From assembly GCA_013115145.1 (NCBI GenBank), contig JAAPAO010000315.1, positions 1-40,278 on the forward strand: a stretch of DNA of 40,278 nucleotides, written 5' to 3'. The notes beneath the pieces are model-generated. The model saw nothing but the letters and a program-made list of their open reading frames with translations, had not been told where the DNA came from and did not search any database. The position numbers and the translations under genes were made by a program. This DNA comes from Perkinsus chesapeaki ATCC PRA-425. Lineage: Eukaryota > Protista > Perkinsozoa. Shown in pieces: positions 1 through 10,800 of the stretch (positions are counted from its first letter, which is position 1; each line of letters opens with the position of its first letter).

Positions 1-132
1 TGTCTTACATACATCTATGTTTCTCTTTTATTTTATATCTTTTTTTTATTATTTATTTTTTTATATTTTGTCTCTTTCTGTCGTTTTTCTCTTTTTTTTT
101 TTTTTTTTTTCTCTCCCCCCCCCCCCCCCCCC
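1..132. repeat. T-rich low-complexity tract ending in T19 (92-110) and C18 (115-132)
   Basis: Read directly from the sequence. It lies at the window edge, so homopolymer lengths may be assembly-limited. Confidence 0.9.
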
Positions 133-613
133 AAGCCTCGAAAGTATTGTTTCTGCATTGCATTTATGAGCTGGATTCATGAGAAATAAGTGATGTAGAT
201 GGGTCAGTATGCCTAACTAGACTCTGTGTTACAAATAGGACATGTGCTCAAGATGCGATTCAACGGATGAACTGCTCATCATTCGCAGAGACGCGCAAAT
301 TTGTGCCAACAAACGGGACAGGGAGATTTTTCGATAGTTCGGCCTGCGCAACAAGGTTTTCAAGATAATGTGGTTATAGGACTCCACAGTCGAAATCTCA
401 GCTCAAAACCCGCCGTAAGTTAAGGACTTCTCGCACTAAACAGCTTCGACCTCTCTAGATTGCGCATACTATATGCGTCGTAGCTTTGTCGCCCCTAACT
501 GAACGCATGGCGGTTGAGGTTTGGAAAGAAGACTAATGAAATAAAGATAGGACCCCAACAACCACTTGGCCTATTTATTCTGGGCATCGCTAGTAGTGAG
601 TCACCACAGCCCG

Positions 614-635
614 TGCACTCGGAGTGCAGCACTCC
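614..635. repeat. 22-bp 7-8-7 chained inverted repeat (putative hAT excision footprint, inferred TSD TGCACTCC)
   Basis: TGCACTC + GGAGTGCA (reverse complement of TGCACTCC) + GCACTCC. The structure is seen directly; the footprint call is inference. Confidence 0.75.
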
Positions 636-1087
636 TGACGATGAACAGAGAAGTGAGCAAAAATAGGCGTGTGGTCCAGACGAGCAAGGGCGCGCATGCA
701 CCACGACAATACGCACACGCAGCATTCGAGAGCGATCGTATCCGAGAATGCATGAATCTGTTCCAAGTAACGTGTTCAAAACTACATCGTACGACTCCTC
801 ACTCGGGAGGGCACCAACAATATGTTTGCTAAAAAATCACTAAAAATTTAACGAATAGGATCCGGCGAGAATAAGTCGAACTCGTATAAATCGATCCGAA
901 GAGCTAATGAGTCGAGCGGTAATAGAATACGTGCTCATGTAAGCCTCCTTACAATCGAAACTACCTGGATTATTATAAAAAATTGGGGAAGTATACAAAT
1001 AGAAGCTTCCGTCGTCAATCAAGTGACACTCCATGTGAGCCTCATATTGGAAAGATGTATTGAACATCGATGTGTTGCTCTCTTGCC

Positions 1088-2263
1088 TCAATGATGTCTT
1101 GCCAACTGAATTGCTCCTTTGACAGCAAGATCAGGTCGAAGGACACCATACCGCATTTTCTCTCCCTTTGCTGTTTTTACTTCACCCTCAGTAGCATTCA
1201 ATAATATCTCCTTCATCATATCAGGTTTCAATTTTTTGAAACTCTGCATTAGAGCTGCTATACCACCAACAATTGCAGTAGCACAAGAAGAGCCTCGGGC
1301 TTCCGCATACCCCCACTTTCCAACTGCATTCCTTATCTTCGCTACCAAGACTTGTGTACCAGGTACACCAAAGCTAGCAAACAGGGCTGCTTCATTCAAC
1401 AACACCGTAGGATTTGCTGTTAATGTCGCAGCGGCGCACACCATTCCAGGCATAGAGTTCGCCATTGAACAGGGTAAGTCAACCTCAGAAGGCCCGGTTG
1501 CAGTATCGTTGTTTGAAGCGGAAACGATAACGAAGCTACCTTGCTCGACGGCCTTCGTGATCACAGGCTTGTACATCACGGACTTCCTTTGTGTAAATGG
1601 CTCAAGAGTGGCGTACACTATAACATCAGAATCTTTGAACATGTTCGCTATCTCCCACGCTCTTTCTATTTGCACATCTGTAGGGGTTTCGCTAGGGGAC
1701 GCACTTAATCTAATCGGTCGTATCTTAACTCTATCAGCTATTCCAGCGATACCTATACCATTGTTGATCCCCGCAGCGATAATACTGGTCATCATCGTAC
1801 CATGGCCATTCATGTCTTCGACTGATGGCACTGGAGAACCAGAAGCATCCTTCCCTTCCAATAGTTTGCCCACGAGGTCAGGTTGCTTAGTAGCGACGCC
1901 CGAGTCGATGACGGTGACAATTACATCTCTACGGGATAGCCCGGACTCTCGGATATGCAATGACTCAAATAAGGCTCTCTGAAGCGAGAACTAGGGGTCG
2001 TTGGGCGGGTATGGTAGCTGACCAAAGACCTTGCTGGCCCCAGACCCTCCAAAGGACCAAACTATGCAATAGTGTAATATATACTTCGATAGTCTGGGAA
2101 GTGTTGTCATAGCGGCGAAGGAAGTCATTGAAAGCCACGAATATTGTTAAACCTGATTCATCTCCGTCAAGCTTCACCAACAAGCCAGCGGAATTCAAGT
2201 ACTACAAGTAGCTGCAAGTAAACTACGAGGAAATCGGTCAAAAAGACCCGATGCTATAGCCAT
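1088..2263 (-). pseudogene. Subtilisin-family (S8) serine protease, probably disabled
   Basis: ORF 1088-1960 has VIDSG (Asp), HGT (His), SASNN (oxyanion Asn) and GSSCA (Ser). The same frame continues upstream as LPYPPNDP*FSLQRALFESLHI with TAG at 1991-1993. Prodomain- and signal-like segments (about 2040-2263) are split across frames. The 5' end is approximate. Confidence 0.75.
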
Positions 2264-2458
2264 GGAGGAGTAAGGTGGAACTCGCGCACCGGGCGCACCA
2301 AGCCCTCAGCCTATAGCGACAAACCACTGTACGGGTCGTTGAGGTTAACTCAATGAGTTAACTTGGGCCTTGGCACTCCGGGTCTTGCAATGCAACAGGA
2401 GAAGGCCCTTCTCGGAAGGTAAAGCAATCGACTTGATTGAGACAAGTACGGAACAGAG

Positions 2459-2509
2459 GAGTCATAACATGGCTCCTATATTCCATACTTGACTGTCATG
2501 TTATGACTC
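2459..2509. repeat. Intergenic inverted repeat / hairpin
   Basis: GAGTCATAACATG(GC) pairs with (GT)CATGTTATGACTC: 13 perfect bp plus G-T and C-G pairs, 21-nt loop. Confidence 0.85.
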
Positions 2510-2712
2510 TCAGAGACTGAAGAGGCTAGCGGGCTCGTCTGCTCACGTCAAAGCCCTTGACATCTGAGGCGCACCAACACGCTGCAGTGACTGCACACGA
2601 CGTCACCGTCCCCGTGGAGTTCACGGCGCGAGATTCGTGTCACGAGACAGTGACGCATCGGCAAACCCATCCATCGATTATTGTGTTGAGGTTTGGTTGC
2701 TGGATGAACGCG

Positions 2713-2734
2713 ATACTGACTCAGTATTACTGAG
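2713..2734. repeat. 22-bp 7-8-7 chained inverted repeat (inferred TSD ATACTGAG)
   Basis: ATACTGA + CTCAGTAT + TACTGAG. Both palindromes stop at exactly 7-bp arms. Confidence 0.75.
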
Positions 2735-2964
2735 AGGATATTGAAGAATGTTAACGGTTATTAACCGTTATTTTTACTGCTAACCTATTATGATGAATTA
2801 TGCGGCCCTTGGCTGAGGATACTCCAGAAATGTCACAAATTAAGGGACAGATACACTTATTGTGGAGGTAGAAGCGCTTCTTATCCCAGGAGTGTGGGAA
2901 AAGATAAGACAAGTGGTGTAACTCACCGGGTGAATCGTGTGCCAGTGCGCTGGCACTGCACATT

Positions 2965-2986
2965 ACAATAGACTATTGTCAATAGT
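2965..2986. repeat. 22-bp 7-8-7 chained inverted repeat (inferred TSD ACAATAGT)
   Basis: ACAATAG + ACTATTGT + CAATAGT. Confidence 0.75.
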
Positions 2987-3203
2987 CACAGGAAAGTCAT
3001 TGTCAATTGTCGATAGCCACAGATAATAGTCACAGCTGAGGTGTGAATTTGGCATGGCAGACGCGACTTGCACCTCCCAACCTCTTTCGTTTATGGAAGG
3101 GGCGGGTCTGGGGAGGTGTGGCTGAACCAGGCTGGCTCCACACTGTGAATCCCTCGTGCGTATTTGGAACCGACTCCATTAGAGCCGGAGGTTCAAGTTC
3201 GTA

Positions 3204-3225
3204 GAACTCAATGAGTTCAACTCAT
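3204..3225. repeat. 22-bp 7-8-7 chained inverted repeat (inferred TSD GAACTCAT)
   Basis: GAACTCA + ATGAGTTC + AACTCAT. Confidence 0.75.
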
Positions 3226-3658
3226 CATATCCTTACAGTGAAAGTGCAGGACTCGACAGGAGTTTTCCCAGAAGGTCATTCTTCCGGGTGACGTCAGTTA
3301 CCGCTTTCGTTCAGGTTGAGTCTCAGTATTTCTGCGCGAGTATTTCCGACCCATGTTCCCATGCGGCCCCCAAGAGCTGAAGTATGGCGGTCCAACGCTC
3401 TCAACATCTACTCCGCAAGTCTCTCAGGTACTGCTTCTGACCTATTTTCAGATATACTTGGGAGTTCCATTCTCGTCCACAAGAGAAGGTCAAGAACGTG
3501 ACCGACATACTGGTCGCTCTACAATCGAGCATTAGATGTGAGCTGTCATTCTTCAACCCTCACTGTGAGTTCCACAGTAGTTACAGCTGACATCATGAGC
3601 CCCAACATTTATGCGGTCCACGAACGCGTTCAGCAAAAAGTGTCCGGATAGCAGTTGT

Positions 3659-3680
3659 ACTAACGGCGTTAGTCTAACGC
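3659..3680. repeat. 22-bp 7-8-7 chained inverted repeat (inferred TSD ACTAACGC)
   Basis: ACTAACG + GCGTTAGT + CTAACGC. Confidence 0.75.
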
Positions 3681-4045
3681 ACAGTTTTTGCTAGTCTGCA
3701 CAATGCGTTGTAGGCATTCTCTCTGCCTCGAATTCCGTAAGGCCATTAGTAAGGGTTCAGATGAGGCGGATAGTGTTCTAGCAGTGGCGTTTTCTCCTGA
3801 AAGATTGGGTCACTTTTTTCTCAACGAAGAATCCGACACTTGGTATCAGCGGAGTAACCTTTCCGTGTGTATCGGTATCCTCACCAAGGATCGCTTACGC
3901 TACTATGGCATATGGGCCAGCGTTGATTTTGGTTGATGTTACTACAATGGTGCTTCAATAGGAAACTATGGGAAACTAAACGATGTGTCAGTCATATTGA
4001 AACGCAATCAACCTATTAAATGGTATCATAAAAAATACATCAGAT

Positions 4046-7010
4046 TCAGTTCTGCTCCCAAGGCTTCCTTGGACGCTCAGCACTCGATGATGGATATGCA
4101 CGGCTGCTGTCCACTGTCGAAGGCACATCGACGATTCCAGGAAGTTGAAAGTTATTCCTCACCGCACACTCGATCTGCCGAAGCAATAATAACGTAGACT
4201 CAACTTAGTTGCTCGTTGACCTGTGCATAAGTGATATCCTCTGGATTGAGCGTTTTAATATAAGCCGCTTCAAGCTCGTGCAATACCGAAGTAATTCGTC
4301 CCATTAATTGAGGATATTTCAGCCGAACTAGCGGATGAACACCGGAGGCCTGAGGACGAGGTTGCGGGATGACTCTACAAAGAATCAAATCGGAACACAC
4401 CATCGGACCGCATCACATCAATCCTAGAAAGCAGAGAAATCGACCTTACGTTGAACGATCTGTCAAATGTTATTGCTAATTACGTGTAATTAGCAATACA
4501 TAGCAAGCGACCTTACATCTTGGCTATAACCGACAAAACTCAGAATTTGCAAAATATCATCTATGGCACTCTGACCGATGACTCTCTCAAGCGAGGAGAG
4601 GAGGAGCTGCTCAGGAGCTTTACGGAGAAGTGTTAGTGCGTGAGAAATACACCTAAGACAGGAAGCAGGTTGCATTTAAACAGCTGCATACTGCTACCGT
4701 ACCGGTGTGCTTCAACTTCACCTAAACGCTGCACAAGACTCGCTAGCAATTCGTTTAGATTATTGCGTTCATCATCGCTGAGCGGAGGCGCTGCGATTAT
4801 TTCATCATATGATGAAGGTGAAGACGGAGTGGGTGAGTCAAGCTCTGGTGGGGCTGCCGCTGACATCGGCAACAATCGATACTGCCTGCTGAACTAATCG
4901 TAAATGAAATCGCATACCGTTTGCGTTCGTTAAACTTTGACAGAAGTGGTTCTGCAACTGCTATAGTTCGGCATACAAAGTTTAATGAACAGCCCGCATA
5001 AAATTTAACAATTTACTATTCAGAAACATATCATGAAACATCCAAGTCAGTTCGGCACCAGCCAGCCGCGAAGCACAAATGAGCGAGAGTCTTCGCGATG
5101 AGAGCCATATAAGCAGGCTGAGTCGGGAGACCGCTGGTAATGTTGAGGTGGAGCCTCTGGGCACACTGTGTGAAGTCCTTGGCAGTGGGATAGACACCCC
5201 ACGCAAAGCAAAGTAACATTACTTCCGAATGCAACTTGGCATCAGACAGCGAACGGAACAGAGAGAGCAGTCCCGCGCTGGTTCGGCGGCTCGGCTTTAA
5301 ACCGGACGTTCGAAGTACCCAACAAGAGGCCAGGAAAGGCTCGACGAGCCCCACTGCAGCAGAAGGACCGAACGGGACGATGGTCTCAACAAGCCTGCTA
5401 AGCTCTGGAAGCTTCTGTGGGTGCTGAACACTTTCACTGGCGAGCACGGCGATATCCTCGGCGGTCCACCGAACACCAGAGGATTTGAGACCTTGTACGG
5501 TGCCGAGGGTAAATGTACTCGAATTACCTTTACAAGCAATCTCAGTCGAAGCTTCAACTAATCGACAAAGTGCCTTAACGCTGAAGCTGCCGCTTCGCGC
5601 AAGCGAAATTATATGCTTACGGAAGTAACAGAGTAAGTTCGAGGGGGAGATTGCCGGCAATATGGATAAGCCCCAGAGAAGCCGGGCGACATCTCTCGGG
5701 GAGAACAACTGTGGTGGTAGGTACTCCTAAGGGAAGATGTAAAATAACAGTGATGCGGTCTTACTGTCTGCGTCACTATTGCAGCTGCCAGTCGCTCTAA
5801 TACTGACCATGTAGGTTCATCCATTAAACGCTTCTCGTATGCTTCCCTGATGGCATGGATGGTATTGGCTATCTCAGGAGCTGCCATTATTGGTATTGTA
5901 TTGTTAGTAACCTACAGCAGCTACGAATAAGCGAAGTTCTAAGCGATTCCAGATTTCTGAGGTTGCGAGATTTCGAGAATCCAAATACGATAAATCTAGC
6001 ACCGAGACCTCTGACCAGAGTTGCGACACGAATGAGTTCGCAGTGAACGGAAAATACCAAATGTAACCATACAGAGGGCACTTGATGTCCCTCTACGACT
6101 TAAAGGCCAGAGCCGATCCCCCACCATGTGCTCAGCTAGCGCCGCCAATAACTGCCTTCTGGCCGCTAACCCAGGGGCTGAAATCGCCGGCTGTGAGATG
6201 GCAGACAATACACTGGCGAGCTCCTGGCCATTGAGCCCGTCGCTTAGGCGTCTTTCTTCAACAACGGCTGTGCAGTAGCGATAAAGCGACTTGCTGCTGA
6301 ACTCCGCCGTGGCGCACGCCGACAGGACGTTGGCCAAATACTGAAATGCAGGGCGATTCGGTAGCAGTTAGGTTTGATGCTCATAGTAGAAGCGGTATGG
6401 GCAGCTCCACAAATTCAACCAGTCTCAGGAAAGTACCTCTTAAGAATCAAGATCCGACTTTTTCACGACTGAAACCACTCGTGGCTTTATTTGATATTAA
6501 TATCTCCATAGATGTTCATGTGCTTCATGTAACTCATATTGGTATAAAATTCATTGAAAAATATAATAAAATGAGATATTATAAAGAATTTCAAAAAATT
6601 GGAATATTAAAAATATTATAATACTTAATAATTGAACCTAACCTGGTATTTTCACCAAGTAATACACGGTGAGCGATCCGGGAACGCTCCAATTCACTCG
6701 AAGTGTCCTACCTGTGGATCGACGCAGTCATCTTTCAAATGCCTCAAGACGCACGCGTGAACTTTGTTCATTTCCGCTGACCGAAATAGTCGTCGGCTTT
6801 CCGGGACCAATCGAGCGAGCCTGTGCAGCCCCGTTGCTACATTCCTCGGACTAGCCTGACCAATCTAGTAACACAGCGCGGCATCTTCTTTGCTACCTCC
6901 AGACGTGATTGTACCAGGATGTCTACAAGGCCCTTAGCGTTCCGTTTATTATACGCGGCGTGTATCGCTCGCTGTATGCTATCACTCTGGGCTATCATGG
7001 TTGCCGACAT
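4046..7010 (-). CDS. Multi-exon alpha-helical repeat protein, OPR/HPR/FAST-like (probable organellar RNA-binding protein)
   Basis: Start ATG at 7010 or 6998. In-phase exons 6897-7010 and 6712-6864, then from 6340, with final exon 4046-4174 ending in TGA. Repeat-like motifs: SPRNVATGLHRLARL, DPQYLANVLSACATA, NGQELASVLSAISQP, AAPEIANTIHAIREA, SPRDVARLLWGLSIL. Middle exons are not all fixed. Family call is from motif resemblance only. Confidence 0.65.
4471..4498. repeat. 13-bp perfect inverted repeat with 2-nt spacer, intronic
   Basis: TATTGCTAATTAC-GT-GTAATTAGCAATA. Confidence 0.85.
6494..6551 (+). repeat. Short dispersed AT-rich repeat, copy 1 (copy 2 at 15648-15690)
   Basis: Both copies share ATATTAATATCTyCATrGATGT...AACTCATATwGkTATAAAATT. 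Copy 1 carries an internal 15-nt insertion. Confidence 0.6.
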
Positions 7011-7837
7011 TACCCCTCAAAAATGACAAGTTATATCCTATGCGAGGTTCGATTCTCTACACCCCAGCTAGGCTTGATGACAGTTCCCAACCGCGCAATA
7101 CGAAATCTGGAAACCTAAAGGAGCGCGCCGCTATGAAATCTGGAAGCATTCATGGCAGGTTCATTGCGTATAAGATACAGTGCCCGCCATCTAAAGAGTG
7201 TTTCCCGATCGACAGGGCTTATTGATTCAATTTTACGAGTTAGGCCATGAAATCTCAAATATATAGGTCTTAGCCTACGGAGCATGCATTGAGCTCTTTT
7301 TAGATGGCGAGTACTGTATTAAAAAGCCAAAGCTCTTACGATGATTCTAGTGTAGACATCAATAGCTCTTGGGCCGTTGCGATTTACTTCACGCAGGAGG
7401 AAGAAACGTTATCAGAAGGAATTATGTATTTGGCTTTCACTTCTTCAGTATTATGAGCACCACAAGGATAGGGCATGCCCGAAGGGATATAGCTAATCCT
7501 CACAGTCCACTGCGAATGCAGTCAGCTTTGTGATTCAGGGAAAGGGAAATGTGGACAGAATGTTTTGTGATTGTTACTCTGGAAATAAATGTTTAAGTTG
7601 CACTTCTCTAGCGCCATCTCCGCTGGCGACGTTCGTATCGTATCCCCATGGAACATTTCCCGAGCACAAAAATATAAAGGGAGATTAGCCACAAGCCTAA
7701 TGTGTGGCTAACTCCGCTGGACGATACACTGCCACTACACGGTAAGTTATGTACCCAAGCTCAAGCTGCTTCTAACTATCAAAACCCAATCACTGAATGA
7801 ACTAAAGAAAACATATCTTTACAGTGCGCTTAACCTA

Positions 7838-10800
7838 TCACGCATTAGGAATGTTGTTCACTGTGGTGAGCTCTTCGACTGGCATACCGTCAACAACATA
7901 CCTAAAAACAGCGATAACAAACAAGGCTTTTTACGGCCGTCTGTACTTGATCCGCAATTTCATCATAATAGGTTTCGGTGGCTCTGATGACTGAGTTACT
8001 GTGAGTTTCTGTGTGACCGGTATACCAGGTTGGACAGTCGGCGATGAGGCTGGCTGCAAGCTCAACTTAAGATACCTAGAAATATAGTATTATAATGAAA
8101 ATTATAATAATGGCTAATATATTATTATAATGACTACCACTTAACTCACGACAGCGACACATTCCCTACAAGAAATGAAGATCTGATGAGGAGATATTTC
8201 ATAATACATCAGCAACGTTAATAAAAGGAATTCAGGCTTCAAGTTCCTCGATGTTCTCAAACTTTGGTTCAACCCCCACAGACATCACTAAGCGCAAACC
8301 GTGGCATATATTCCTACTTTGGCACGGCTGCCTCCAAGATGAAATCGTTCAAGATCTTCTGCGCATTAAAGCTCGCTGAGATATCCACACCGTTGTTTGT
8401 AGGGGATACAGCGAAGTCGACACGAACGTCGGCATTGGAGTATCTAAAAAATGACCGCATCACTTGAATATCTTCGGCCAAGTAGTTTGCTCTATGATCG
8501 TTATTTTTATCGGAATTTGATCAAATTTGCACCAGACATCTGTAGATGACGGCTGTACAAACTACACCTTTCAATCCAGTAAGACGCAATAGTGGGTGTG
8601 AATTTTACCAGGCACAATTGTGCCATCGCCCCGCCTACACAGTGACAGTTCGGCTCTGTGCCGCCGGCATAGGATTAAACGAACTCATGAAATCAGGACT
8701 CCCTGTCGACTGCGGCACCGCTGCTCGAGCCGGCTTGGAGGTGCCAGTGGAAGGTCCCATGGTGAAGCCCAAAGCACCAAGGCCGAGGTTGCCTGGAGCA
8801 TCACACTATCACCGAACACGAACAAGCAAACTTACTAAAGGGATCGGATTTCACTGGTTGCACGGGCGGCGGCGGCGGCGCAGCTGTCACAGTTGGGGCA
8901 GCTGGCTGAGGCTGCGAAACGGTCGGCATTCCCAGAATCGAATCCAAGTCGTCCAGCAAATTGCCGCTTTGCTTTGGTGGAGCCGTGGTGGTCGAGTAGG
9001 GCATGTTATCTGAGATGGGAAAGTTATATCGGGAAAACGGAAAAGAGTAAGCGAGAATAATTTCAGTGTTTCTTTGACGTTGGTTGATAATATTGAAATA
9101 CCAACTACGCACGGGTGGCATCTGTAGAAGATAGAGTGCCCAAAAATTATGTCGCCTGATCAAGCATACCACTCGATTAGGAACTATGTCTTAGGAGCCT
9201 CAAAAATGGATTCCTTAGAAATCTAAATAGGCCATAAACATATATAAATGTAATGAGGATGAAGTGGAATAAGAATAATATATAAATGTAATGAGGAGGA
9301 AGTGGAATAAAAATAATATATAAATGTAATGAGGAGGAAGTGAAATAAAAATAATATATAAGTGTAATGAGGAGGAAGTGGAATAGAAATAATATATAAA
9401 TGTAATGNNNNNNNNNNNNNNNNNNNNNNNNNNNNNNNNNNNNNNNNNNNNNNNNNNNNNNNNNNNNNNNNNNNNNNNNNNNNNNNNNNNNNNNNNNNNN
9501 NNNNNTGAGAAGGAAGTGGAATAGAAATAATATATAAGTGTAATGAGGAGGAAGTGGAATAAAAATAATATATAAATGTAATGAGAAGGAAGTGGAATAG
9601 AAATAATATATAAGTGTAATGAGGAGGAAGTGGAATAAAAATAATATATAAATGTGATGAGGAGGAAGTGGAATAAAAATAATGCCGAAAAATTGATCTC
9701 TAAATAGAGCAAGTATCCACAGAATGATAATAAAAGTAGTCTTGAGAAATCAGAAATCTAAAGTAGAAATACCCTTCAAACTAGCACCATCTCACCTGCA
9801 GTGGTCTTGTCATTAAATGATCCCAAATCAGCCATGAGATCACCAGAAGTAGCGTCACCCACATCGACCGCACTGGTATCATAAAACTCCTCACTAGGGG
9901 CTGTCTCGGCAGGGAGACTTGTTACCGTTGGAACCTGGCAGAGCTTCGGTAGCTAGTCAACTCACTGTTGGTACTGCTAATCCCATACAGCGTTCAAGAA
10001 CTTATTCCTACTAAATTACACCGATCAGTGTTGGGCTAAAGTATATCTGAATCTCTCCCCGAATCTCTCGGAATCTATCTGTTCTACACTAAAGACTGCA
10101 TTATACAGTACGCCACGCACACTCACAGTTACAACTATCAATTAGCCGAAGACACGGCCAGTTCCACTGAGGAACTTCCACACCGTTTACCACTAGGCCA
10201 AACCTCCAATAGGTGTACATTAGGCTCTCTAGCATTCAGCAATAGGTGTACATTAGGCTCTCTAGCATTCACTATCTCCCATCGACTCACCTCATCGACT
10301 GTAGTATCACCAATAGGGAGTCCTTTGGAGGTCTCATCCCCAGCGAATGCCGGCACCTTATCGGTTAAGTCACTCCTCTGATCAAAACTGGCAAGGGAGA
10401 GCAACGATGTGTACCTGAACAAGGCGTCAAATATCGCAAGCTGCGAAGATATACTATATACTATATACTAAGATATACTAGATATTCTATTTCAGTGGGG
10501 AGTGCTGTATAACTGATCTAATCAAATAGCCAAAGCGTCGGTGCGCAGAATAAAGTATTGCGTGTTTGACGAATCATGACTCCAAAATTGATGGATATAC
10601 GAGTGAATCCTCATTTCTGAGTTCTACTGTTCTTACCATTTACACAGTGGCACTGGCAGTGCTAGCTAGAATGTGAAATATTTGCGAAAAGCCAACCTTT
10701 AGGTATAAAATGTAATCATCGTCTTTCTTCATCCGTGCATCCCATATATTATGCATCCTGTGCGTAGGGAGCAACAAGGTCAAATGCCCCTCCGAAAATT

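Noticed and set aside
133-1087. ORFs 495-779, 566-832 and 840-1091 as genes
   Set aside because: No recognisable motifs or consistent splice structure.
1598-1606. TGGCTCAAG match to the 3' end of the perkinsid/dinoflagellate spliced leader
   Set aside because: Only 9 nt and antisense within subtilisin coding sequence. I saw no full spliced-leader relic in the window.
1119-1982. 287-aa plus-strand ORF
   Set aside because: Antisense shadow of the subtilisin frame with no independent motifs.
1991-1993. Stop-codon reassignment (TAG as sense)
   Set aside because: Neighbouring conserved genes, including a 2,276-codon exon, have no in-frame TAG, so the standard code fits.
9215-9712. 165-aa hydrophobic ORF
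   Set aside because: Translation of the 38-bp minisatellite and the N-gap.
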